64,000 nt of DNA from NCBI GenBank assembly GCA_030704615.1, contig CM060734.1, positions 28,086,001-28,150,000 on the forward strand, written 5' to 3'. This DNA is from Takakia lepidozioides (lineage: Eukaryota; Plantae; Bryophyta). The translations under genes were made by a program, and so were the position numbers. The number at the start of each line of letters is the position of its first letter. Position 1 is the first letter of the stretch. The notes beneath the pieces were generated by a model, which worked only from the letters and a program-made list of their open reading frames with translations, made no database searches and was not told where the DNA came from. Positions 40,361 to 51,744 of this stretch are shown one piece after another.

Positions 40361-40764
40361 ATGGGTCAATGGTGGTGCTCCCAACCCTGGGGCAATGTTC
40401 CCACGAGTTCCCAAGGAGTTTTCACACGTTCCCAAGCGTTCCCAAGCTAGGGTTTGCGTTGGCTCTACGATTGCTGCCAACGAGCTATGGCTTCTATGGA
40501 GCAACCAGAGGTACTGTTCTTGGTTTCTTGGGCATCAATGGACCAGAGAGAGATGACTCCGGCTGCAGCCGGCGTAACTAAGAGCCACTTCGCCTTGCGG
40601 CTATTGCCCCCTTTCGGGGGTGGGCCCTATATATATAAAACTATCGGGTGCCCGGAGGGCACCCTGTCACCAGGGGATATGGGTTTGGGAAGGTACCCCC
40701 AGGGGTACCCCTAGGGTATACGAAGTGTCAAGAGGCTGAAGAGATGTGGGATTCTAGCTGCCTT

Positions 40765-42740
40765 TTGTTGGATTTCTGTCCGAAGACACTTAAATCATCC
40801 AAAAATACCTGCATAAAATATTCTTGAATATCTCAGATACTGCTCGCTGAAACGTGGCTGGTGCGTTGCAAAGTCCAAATGGCATGACCTTGTAAGCATA
40901 GACTCCCCATTCAATGATGAATGCGGTCTTTTCTCGGTCTTCTTCTGCCATCTGCACCTGGTTGTACCCACTGAACCCATCCATAAAAGAGTACATCTCA
41001 TGTCTTGCCACTGTGTCCAACACTATTTCTGTGAAAGGTAGTTGAAAGGGGTCTTTCTTGGTTCCTGCGTTTAATTTGCGGTAGTCCACACATACTCGTA
41101 ATTTTCCATTTTTCTTAGGTACTATCACAATGGGTGATAACCATTGTGGTGTCTCCACTGGGTATATGAATCCTGCATCTAGTAATTTCTTGATTTCTTC
41201 CCAAACTTTAGGTGTATAGTTGGGGTTCATTCTGTAACGGTTCTGACGAATTGGTTTTGTGTCAACTTCCAATTCAATTTGGTGCTGACAGATGTTGGAA
41301 GGTATACCCTTCAAATCTTTATAATTCCAGGCAAATACATCATCCGACAGTCCACTGGACCAATCATACTCTTCCACTATGCAAGGTCGTTTCTCTCGTG
41401 GAATGGTACCTCGTTGCTTCGTAGTGATAGTGACTTGTTCTGATCCCTTTTTGATCGAGAGAGTCTGACTTCCCCAATCGTGGTGTGATTGGGCTTGTGT
41501 TAACCATGGTCGGCCAAGTAGTAGCGAATATCCTTCTGCCACATCCTCCATTCTGAGAATGGTTACTGATACTTCGTATACCAGTCCTGCTACTTCCATT
41601 GCAAGTCGTCTGATGATACCCAATGGCTGCACTCTTCGTTGATCGGCCATTCGTACCGTGAATGGAGCAGGTTCCATGTGCCCCAATCCTAGTGACTTCT
41701 TCATCCTCTATGTCATGATATTCACTCCGGATCCTCCATCGATGAGTACATCCGTTACCAACTTCCGTCCAATACGTACTTGTATTATTGGTATTGCTTC
41801 GTCGTAGTCTGGAGTTTGTCGTATAGTCCTGGGTTTAATCGTGTAAACCTCTGGTTTTGGTTTTTGTTTTGGTGTGGGGGTCAATGCCTCAATTGCCCGA
41901 AATAAAGTTTTCTTGCAGTGTGGAGCAAATTTTAATAATTGTCCAATGGTAATTTGGGTCTTGGTCTGGCAGATTACTTCAGCCAATTCTGTTTCCGTGA
42001 TTGCATTAGTGGTCTTCGTCGTTGGTCTGATTTGATCTGGCTCTCCAGAAGGTATATGGGTTCCTTCTTGCATTTGAGCTATGGCTTTGCTCACCTCCTG
42101 GTGTAAGCTCTTTTCTTCCTGCCATGCTGCACTTTCTGGATATTGTTTTCGTTCTTCTTCAATCTCCTTATCTGGAGGTTTCTGCTTCTTGGCCTGAGTT
42201 CGGGTTACCGCAAGGGTATCCACTACAGGAGTTACCACACTCACGGCTACACTTGGTCCGGCTTCCATATTTCCCAATTCGGCCTCATGCTTGATTCGCA
42301 ACCGGCATTCATGTTTCCAGTGTCCCTTTTTCTTGCAATAGTGACATCTCGTGATTTCCTTGTTTCTGGGTTGATGTTCTCTATCCCGTGGTGGATAGTC
42401 ATCTCGTGGCCTCTGATAACGATTACCCATATTGTATCGTCTTGGTCCGTCCGATCCTCTCCGTCGGATTTGGACTTGGTGTACCCCCACCTCTCGTGTG
42501 TACCCAGTCTTCTTGGCCCGTTGATTGTAAATACAATGGCTGGTATTATGATTGTTCATATGACAAATATCACAGTATTTGTCTTTATGTGGCATTCTGT
42601 TGCTGCAGTCCCGCATTTGTGATACCATGTTGCCTTTCGTGGCCCTTCATCTTTAAAATTCTTGATAGCCTCTGCTATCTTTTGATCCAAAGTGGTTTTG
42701 TCAATCACTTCTTTCTTCTTTTGCTAGGGTTTTTCTTCAT
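40765..42740 (-). mobile_element. Non-chromovirus Ty3/Gypsy (Athila/Tat-related) gag-PR-RT fragment
   Basis: Zinc knuckles CDICHMNNHNTSHC and CHYCKKKGHWKHEC; protease VLIDGGSGVN; RT RVCVDYRKLN, FMDGFSGY, MPFGLCNAP, FLDD, then truncated. Confidence 0.9.
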
Positions 42741-42744
42741 CATC

Positions 42745-45700
42745 AGGACATCATACAAGGTGACCACGAAACATACACCATTTCAACTGGTGTATGGAGC
42801 AGAGGCACTATTACCCATTGAATGCATGATACCCACACTACGAACCGGAACTCATGAACGATGGGGTTTAGAGGAATCTCTACGAGTCAGGGAACATGAG
42901 TTATTTCATCTGGAAGAAGTTCGGGCAGACGCTGCAGATAACATGGCATGAATTCAAGAACAATGAAGAAAAAGAATATCCGAAGGGAAAGAAAAATCTT
43001 TCCAGGACGGGGAAATTGTCTTATGGTTACCAAAAATCAAGAAGATCAAACTGGGAGGAAAATTGAAAATGCCATGGATGGGACCATTTCAAATCAAAAG
43101 GGTACATGACAATGGAACTGTTGATTTGCAGACCTTGGAACAAGAATTCGTGGGACGAATTAATATTAACAAGTTAAAAGGCTATAAAGGGATACATGAC
43201 AGAGCCCTTATACATGACTTATATGCCAACGAGGAAGACCAAACCGCAGATGAGGAGCGTGAAACCGCCAGTGCATACTACATTCATCACGACATGGTGA
43301 ATCGGCATGTCCTAAGACAAGTGGCAATACGAGTTCAGGGCACCACTACGGCTAGACCACCATTCATTTGGAGGACAACATTACCACCCCGTATACCGTA
43401 TGGTGAACCGTGGCCAACATATATGCACTATAGAACCGTGAACGAATACGAAGTAGCCAACGAGTCACTGCTTGTGTTAAACTCCGAGATGTACGCTCTA
43501 GATTACCCCACCGACCGTGGTAATCATACACCACTAACCATCGATCATAACACGGAGGAAGAACGACGGTGCAATCCAACGGATTGCCAAAAGACGGCGG
43601 ATGATAAAGGCAAAGCCATTAAACCAATCTGCAAGTACTGCGCACACGCCGCTTATCTAAAAACAGACCACATACCAAAATGGATGAACGTAAACTGACC
43701 AAAATCGGACAATCATCAACATCCATCAGTCCAATCCAAGACAAACCACGAAGAAAACACCAATGGAAGAAAATCAGCCACATCCAGAAAAGGGATGAGG
43801 TTTACTCAAAACCGTTACCAGAAGCTAAATGCTTCTTAGTAAGCAAGGGCCCAACAATTAAAGCTAACTGCGCTTTAAACCTAGGCGAATAGCAGGACAA
43901 AATTACCTCCACAAGAACCTCGAGAGAAGTTAGAGAAGAAGCCTACAGAGGAGAACCCCTACTTAAACCCAGAAACGAACCCCACACCTTCTCTTCCGCA
44001 AACTGGAAATTGTTGTCTACACAACTTCTAGTGTGCTTCATACTGCTTTTGATACAAGAATTGGTGCTCCAATTCCTTATAACAACAGCAAAACTAAGGG
44101 AAATGGTAGGCACCAAGCGGAAGACACCAAGTTCTTATGCGCAAGTGAATTTCAAAATCAGCCCGGCGTTGCGGAAAATCGAGCAGGACACAGAGACACA
44201 TGAGACGTTGGACAGTTTTGGCCTGCGGTACTTCATCACCCTGCTGGACTAGAACCTTAAGCACGACGAGCTGTGCAGGGAGTTCTTGGAGAATTACAAC
44301 ACCAACACTCGAAGCACAAATGTCCGTGACACACAGATTCTATTGATGGAGAAGTACTTGGCGGAAGTGTTTCACCTTCCCAGTTTGGACGTACCGGCGC
44401 ACAGCGGCAAACCACCAAGGTTTGTACTTGTGGACCTGTTTGAGAATCTCAACCAAGCCGATCAGGGCTACACATGCAGTCACAGCAAAAACCCCGGCTT
44501 TAAGAAGATAGCCCCGGTACTTAGCACATTGCTTTGGCTCAGGCAAAACCACAGCTATTGCACCAAGGAGCTAATCGATCAAGTGTTGATTTGCCTCAAT
44601 GGGCAAATCGTGAATTGGGCAGGCTTCTTATTGAAGAAGTTAACCCAAAAATTGACCAGGTTGACAAAGAAGAAGAAGGAAGCAACGGTACCATGATCAC
44701 TCCCATGTTACTCCAATTGATTCGACACACTGTACACTTGACACCAGAAGAGCAAACGACGTTGGGAATCATGCAGCGGGCAGAAACGATGGAGGAAGAA
44801 GGAAGCGAGACGGCAGCAAGTCAAGAGGAAGAAGAGGGCGGACTTGCAAAGAGAGCCCGGATCAACGAAGCAACCACGAGTGCAATAGCAGAAAACATCT
44901 TCAACTCGACGAATGATGCCACACTGCAGAGAGAAAGAGAAAATCAACAGCCAGAAGGAGGTAACCAGCCGCAGACCAATGAAGCAACACCCATGGAAAT
45001 TAGCCATGTTAACACCGAAATCCAGCAAACAATACCTGCAGAGGCCACACAACTAGGAACAGAGGAGGGAGCCATAGTGGTGCAACAACGGCAGGTGGTG
45101 CAAGAGGCATAAAGTTAGCAGCAGCAAGACAACAATTCCAATTTGGAATTACTACTTGCACAGCAGGTCCTGGATACCACAGCATGGGACACAGGTTTGA
45201 AAGAAACGTCACAAAATGTAATTCTGCAGGCAATACAAGCGTTGGGTCAAGTAACGGCCTGCATGGACAGGGCCAAGGATTACATAAGCCTGGAGAACCT
45301 TAGCATGATCTTAGACCACATCAAAGAAAAACACCAGAGGGAATTGGCGACAGCAAGAACAGTATGTAACCACGAGGTTACAATCGCATCATTGGAAGAT
45401 CAAAAGACGACCTTACTTCGCCAATACAACACTTTGATAGAACGCAGAGACAAGTGGGAACAAAAGTGGCAAAGACAGAGAGACAAAACACGCAATGTCC
45501 AAGCCGACCTCGATGCAAAAAGAGAGCGATCTCGGAAAACGGAGACAGAGGTGGAAACTCTCATAGGATAGGTGCAGACACTTAAGGAGCAGGTGGATAC
45601 ACTCAAGCGGCAGCTGAAGACTGCCAAAGACCAGGGAAGCAAGTGGCTCTCATGCAACACTGTACTGCTGAGGGAAAGGGAAAATGCTGAAAGCAGGCTG

Positions 45701-45838
45701 TTCACAGCCACCACAGAAAGAGACATTGCCATAGGCAATGAACAAGAATGGAAACAGCAGTTGGAGAAACTGACACTGCAAGCAGAGCTGGACGCAGCTG
45801 ACACAGCCTTGGCCCGAGCATGGTTGAGTGAAGGGAGT
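42745..45838 (+). mobile_element. Ty3/Gypsy integrase C-terminus followed by a decayed extra ORF; opposite orientation to the adjacent gag-RT fragment
   Basis: RTSYKVTTKHTPFQLVYGAEALLPIE and WMGPF (GPY/F). Extra ORF ~44101-45838 with stops, an acidic region and a coiled coil, cut by copy 3. Confidence 0.8.
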
Positions 45839-46377
45839 TGTCGTGCACCTAAGCATCGTGCCACAACATACATCGTTGTCCACCATACATTCTAAGCACA
45901 CAATCCTAGAAAGCTATGCCACAATGATAATGAAAGTGAACACAAGGGAAACATTCCACTCATGAATCCACTCAATCACATAAACTAAGTCAAGCCAAGG
46001 GCACCCTTGCTAAGGGAATCCACCCTACAAAGCCCTCAACACACTCCCACTCAATACCTAGAGCTATGGAGGTGAGAGAGGCTCATGGAGGCTCAACTAC
46101 AAGAAGATGAGCCCTCCTCAACGCTCACAAGGGGAAAACCCATCCCCATGTCCCAAGTGAGGTTTGACACCTCACTTGGCATGTGAGACCAAATGAAGTC
46201 CCAACACACAAAATACAAATATAAATATCCAAAATGTCCTAGTTAACTAGAAGTAGGTAATTCTAGTTAACCATGACTAAAACCATGACAGCTGTCCTGC
46301 ACCTAAGCATCGTGCCACAACATATATCGTTGTCCACCATACATTCTAAGCACACAATCCTAGAAAGCTATGCCACA
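45839..46377 (-). repeat. 3' terminal block of copy 3: 85-bp repeats (46293-46377 and 45839-45923) around a spacer
   Basis: Two 85-bp TGT...ACA units differing at 2 positions; PPT adjacent. Confidence 0.9.
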
Positions 46378-46666
46378 ATCGCCCCCCTAGCTGGTGATTA
46401 GGTCCCTCTAACACCGGATAGCTGACAAGTATCCATCTCAATAAGATCATCTCTTGGTCTTCAATCGCACATGTCCCAATTTTTTTAAAGTATATGGATC
46501 AAGAGGCCGGGTGCAACGAGAGCCCCATCGTTAATTGCCTACTTGCAATCCATGATCTTCAATTGAGTATCCATGGCATTGAACTCCTACAAGCTAGACC
46601 TTGGATCACTTGTCAACTCCACCATTGTCATGCCCACTATCTATGTCCAAGGCATCGTGGACACAA

Positions 46667-47542
46667 TCATTCTCCACTAGGAACCTCATCAAGTGGCGGT
46701 GTCAAGCATCCCATGTGCCACCCCCTTGAGCATTTGTCACACACCAGCATGGTTACGGCACCATCAGCATGCCCACATAGCATGCAACACAACCCTGCAG
46801 GTACCACTGCAAGGTTGGGATCTATCCTCCCATCCACATGTGGAAGGTGATATGGCGCACAATTGCACACATGGTCCTTCCATACCATGCCATCTCGACA
46901 CTCCTGAATCAACACTCTTGAAGGCAACACCTCCCGGACCCTTAGAATCACACGCCCTGCTGTGACATCCAAAGTCGTAGGCGCTGTCTGCTGCAGATAC
47001 ACATAGTCCCCAGGGTGGAAACGCCAAACACCTGGCCGATATCCCCCTCCACGTACAGTGGCATACCTCAATGTGTCTCGATGTTGGGCAATAGCAAGGT
47101 TCTCAGAAGCCATAGGCATGACTCTCTTGAACAACTTTGCCCGCTGGGCACATGCTTGTGTCCACACATCCGGATCATCAAGGTTGAGGACTACTGCAGT
47201 CTCCCTGCGAATAGATGCAGGCAAATCTGGCTCTCGGCCAAAGAGAAGGAAATAAGGTGAGAATGAGGCAAGTGAAGCTTGTTTGTTGAACCTATAGCCC
47301 ATAGCTAGCCAAGGCAGCTGAAGGTCCCAATCTCCTAGGTGTCCCTTCTGCAAACCGTACTTGCGCAAACCTCTCTTGACTGTCTGAACAACTCTCTCCG
47401 CCAAGCCATCAGCCTTGGGATGATCCCGAGAAGTAGTGCGGTGATCTATCAAGGCTTGCTCACACAAAGCCTGAAACTCCCCCAAGAATTCTCTCCCCTG
47501 GTCCGTGAGTACCTCGGCTGGAGCACCAAAATGTCTAAGCAC
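46667..47542 (-). CDS. Integrase core and C-terminus fused to a PHD finger (copy 3)
   Basis: VLTDQGREF, DGLAERVVQT, SPYFLLFGR, then CMLCGHADGAVTMLVCDKCSRGWHMGCLTPPLDEVPSGE*LCPRC. Confidence 0.9.
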   Translation of the reverse strand: MLRHFGAPAEVLTDQGREFLGEFQALCEQALIDHRTTSRDHPKADGLAERVVQTVKRGLRKYGLQKGHLGDWDLQLPWLAMGYRFNKQASLASFSPYFLLFGREPDLPASIRRETAVVLNLDDPDVWTQACAQRAKLFKRVMPMASENLAIAQHRDTLRYATVRGGGYRPGVWRFHPGDYVYLQQTAPTTLDVTAGRVILRVREVLPSRVLIQECRDGMVWKDHVCNCAPYHLPHVDGRIDPNLAVVPAGLCCMLCGHADGAVTMLVCDKCSRGWHMGCLTPPLDEVPSGE

Positions 47543-50439
47543 TTGATCTAATTATGCATACGCAACCCCCTCATTTGCCTTGTCAGGCAATGCCACCAGT
47601 TCAATCCATTTGGAGAAGTGTTCCACCATCACCAGCACATACTTGTTATGGCAAATCGTCAGTGGCAATGGGCCTGCGAAGTCAAGACTCCAACGATAGC
47701 CCAAACCCATAATGGGTAAATGATACAATTGTGGAGTAGGGGCGTTGAAAGAAGCCCGCACTCTATCACACACTATGCACCTTGCCACTAACTATTGCAC
47801 ATCCGTGTGCATGCCTCGCCACCAATACTGCCCTTGTAGCAAACTATGAGTGCGCCGCACCCCAAAATATCCCAACTCCTCATGGGCATGGCATACCAAT
47901 CGCGCTCGTTGTGTTGGATGAGGCACAATCCTCACTCATCCATCCTCCCATACTCGGAGTAGGTGAGTCCCTTCCCACTTGAACCTCTTGGCTCGTTGTA
48001 GGATCCGATCTCTTTCCTTAGCAGTCACACTGGTTGCTGTCTCTCATGTACAAAGGTAGGCCAACACTGCTGCATCTTCATGCACATCCTTAACACCACT
48101 AAGCTCCTCACTGATCTCCGGATCGTCATGCACACCATCTACTTGACCAATGCTATGGGATGGACCAGCTTGAGCTCCCATTGCTAGGATGCACAAAAAG
48201 GTAGATGCATGCCATCCTGGTACCATCTCCTCATCTGTTTCACCATGCCACCGAGCTCCAGTATCATCATGCTCGCTCGTGCATGGATTACGACTCAATC
48301 CATCTGCATCCCGATTGACAATACCGGCTCGATGCACCACCTCGAAGTCGTACTCTTGAAGCATAAGTGCCCACCGTGCAAGCTTCCCTCTAAGCTTGTC
48401 TGACTCCATCAACCACTTCAATGGTTGGTGATCCGTGACAAGGGTGAAGAGATTGCCATAGAGGTAGCATCTGAAATGTGCCATTGCCCATACCGCAGCT
48501 AGACACTCCCCTTCATATAAGCTATACTTTGTCTCGGCATCATTGTTCGAGCGGCTAGCATATGCCACTACGAACTCTCTTCCCTCATCATCCACCTGTG
48601 TGAGCACTGCTCCAATCCCTAGCATACTCCAATCCGTATGTAGCTGGAAAGGCCGCCCCCGAATAGGCCGCCTCAGAATAGGTGCAGAAGTCAATCGAGC
48701 CTTGAGTTCCTCAAAGGCTTCCTCCTATTCCTCCTCCCACTGCCACTCCTGACCCACCTTGGTCAACTTGGTAAGAGCCTTTGCAATGCTGCTAAATCCC
48801 TTGACAAACCGTCAATAGTAGTTTGCCAACCCCATGAAAGCACAAACTTTGCTAACATCTATGGGGCGTGGAATGCGTGGCCTCTACCTTCATCTTTTGA
48901 ACACCTAATCCTCCAGGGTATATCATGTGGCCTAGATACTCAATCTGGTTGTGGAAGAACTTGCACTTCCCAGGGTGCAATTTCAACCCGTGCGCTCTCA
49001 AGCGCTCAAACACCACCTGAAGGTGTCTCTTATGCTCCTCAACGGTAGCACTAAAGACGATGATGTCATCAATGTAGCACCGGGCGAAGTCTAGCCCCGC
49101 GAGAATCCTATCCATGACCCTCTGAGACTCTGCAGGAGCATTCTTCAGCCCAAACGGTAAGAACCGCCATTGGTACAAGCAATCCTTCCCATGTTGATCA
49201 ACCCCCCAGAATGCTGCCAACGGGAGGTGCAAAGGTGATTATTTGGGGGGGGAGGTTTTGTCGGTTTTCTATTGGTCAGTCCCACACACTTGTTCACGGT
49301 ACAATCATCGTATCACCATTTTGCCGTTTCCGGATCTCCGGCGCCTGTTTTTTTGCAGAAACAACGAAGACACCATCACACGCGTTCATTGCCATTTTCT
49401 GAGGTTTTGGACCCTGTAGTGGGCAAAGGTTTTATACAATGTCGGGGGTGTGATTCAAGTTCTGGGGCGGGATCGTCTGGGGGGCGGAGGAAGAGAAAAC
49501 GTGCCCATGAGCGGGATAGCCAGGTCAACAAGCCAGACTACCCGGGACAAGCCTCTTTGATTGACAACTGGTGGTAACCGGATCGCAAGTCCAATGTGCT
49601 AAACACCTTTGCATGCCCAATGACATCAAAGATCTCCTCTGGAGTTGGCATGGCATATCTATCGGACTTAGTCTAACGGTTCACAGGACGATAGTCATCC
49701 TTCTTTCTGTCCAATTGCCATAGATATCCTTCTTAGCTGGCATCACCGTTGTCGAGGCATACTCCCCGCCTGACAACTCCACCAATCCAGCTTCGAACAA
49801 CTCCATAGTCCGTGACTGGATCAATGACCTCTCCATGTCACTATACCGGTAGGGCCTTCGAAAGATTGGCGTGTTACTTGCCAAATCAATAGGAATCTCC
49901 TGACCCTTCAAACTCCCCAAATCCTTCAAACCGAAGGCAAAGCAATTTCTATAAGCCCTTAGAAATTGCTGGATCCTCCGTCTCTCTCCTCCGGTGACTG
50001 TAGGTCCAACATCTGGTTCCCAATTGTCCTCAGTGACTGCAACCTTGGGTATACCAGGCTTGGAGGTAGGAGACGAATCCTTTGGTTGCTAGATAGCAAC
50101 CTCTTGGGCCTTGTCCGCCCAATCTGACTGTGGCGTAGCCTTCACTTGCTCCACCATAGCCACCTTGAGAACTTCCTCTGAGCAAGAAACATTCTCAACC
50201 TCTTCAAAAACCTTAGCCACCTTGGCCTCCAACTGATCCTCAGTGTATGGCTCTCCCCACTCCTCATACTGCTGCTTGAGAGATCCAATGACTCTCTCTT
50301 TGCGCATCTCATCCCACATCTGCCATGGGTGTTTGCAACCCATGATCTTGTGCGCCCCACTCACTGCCTCAACCGTCCCGGTTGGCAGGGAGGATGCACC
50401 ATCCAATGGGAGTGTAGAAGTAGCCATCAATGCTTGCAA

Positions 50440-50972
50440 TCTCCGTTGCTCAGCCATGCATAAGCCAATTATCCATGTCAAGCAATTTAGATCCATTGCC
50501 TGACCCAACACCTGGCGTCGTGATGTCTCTGACAGAGCTCGCACAACTGTAGTGCCCGTGGCAAACCCCATTGCCCGCTCGCGCTCATCCGCATTGGGCT
50601 CCACCAATTGCTGTAGCACACTGTCCCAAATCAACCCAGGACCATTGTCTCGAAAAGCATGAGACGAGGGAAAGCTCATGAGCGTAGGTAAGGTTGTACG
50701 TGGCTGGCCCACTCGATTGACCACTGCTAGGCAACCATGAGATTGGGTGGCCATTGAATGGAATCATATGCTCTCTTGAGCAGCTCTCATGGTGCAAGAT
50801 TGGTCCACCACAATCGAAGTCGATGCGCGCGTGATCCCACCGCTACTGCATCCAATAGTACCGCCGATCCAATCCAAGACCGCACCTGATGCACACTGGC
50901 CATTACCCTGGCCCGAGAATCCCCCACAAGAGGAATATTCTCCAAGATATAGCCTAGAGGTTGCACTTGCCT
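50440..50972 (-). pseudogene. DNMT3-like methyltransferase, C-terminal part (copy 3)
   Basis: GYILENIP, SRAHRLRLWWTNL, EPNADERERAMGF...SRRQVLGQAMD. Confidence 0.88.
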
Positions 50973-51690
50973 TGTCGCGGCCCTTTGCCTTGAGGGCAGG
51001 GGGTCGGGACACATGAGGGGCTGCCCCTGTGGTGGGGGCAGCGGCGGCGATAGGTATGGGGGGCTGAAGCACCCTTGAGTGCCCAAGGCACTCAAGGAGG
51101 CGGAGGCGCTCACTAGGTGGAGCCCCGCACACCGGGTTGCGGTGGAGGTGGCTCCACAAGGTGGTGGTAGCTTAGTGGGACTTAGTGGGGGTGGCATAGG
51201 ACTCACCATGGGTGGAGACCTCGAGGTGGGAGTCGTGGGGAGTCTTGGGACTCATCACGGTCCATTGGGGGCGCGGTGAGTGGGCCAAGACTCACCGCGA
51301 CTCACCACCGGGAGTCGAGGGTTTCGTGGTGGTTCGCCATAAAATGGCATGGCTGGTTTATGAAACCCCGCGGACAGCTACAGAAGTATATATAGGGAGT
51401 AGTAACCCCGAGAACGGTGCAAGCCCGTTGGTGACCAAAAACTAGTGAGTAAGCGAGCGAGCCGGAAAGCGACCAAAGAGTGGGGAGCTGTTCCGGACTG
51501 CCATCTACCAAAGGGAATTCTCCTAGTCCCAAATAGGTGGAGGGTTTAGAGGGAAGCGGAAAGGGGACCGTTATGTCCCGGTGAGCAGCCCGAAACTCCA
51601 AGTTGGCCCGGCGGCCAGGTTGGGAGTCAGGCGCGCATCAAAGCGGGTAACTATGACTTGAAGGGGAGTTTACCGAATGAGGTGGCGACA
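50973..51690 (+). repeat. 5' LTR of the chromovirus
   Basis: Near-identical to 57204-57930; followed by the PBS. Confidence 0.95.
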
Positions 51691-51744
51691 CTTGGTATCA
51701 GAGCTTAGAGTTCAGTACGCGATCGTCCTTGGGATTGGCCTCAT

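Larger units (their letters stand above)
32112..40730 (-). mobile_element. DNMT3/PHD-family Ty3/Gypsy element, copy 2 (DNMT domain deleted)
   Basis: gag 38844-37183 with zinc knuckles; protease VLLDLGA; RT-RH ORF 34246..35295; INT 32525-33720; partial PHD. 85-bp repeat at 32321-32405 plus PPT. Colinear with copy 3 except for a ~1-kb deletion at 35923. The 5' boundary is uncertain. Confidence 0.88.

Noticed and set aside
27714-40735. Shared TSD joining 27719 and 40730 as the ends of one element
   Set aside because: The flanks (GCCCT and AGAGG) do not match.
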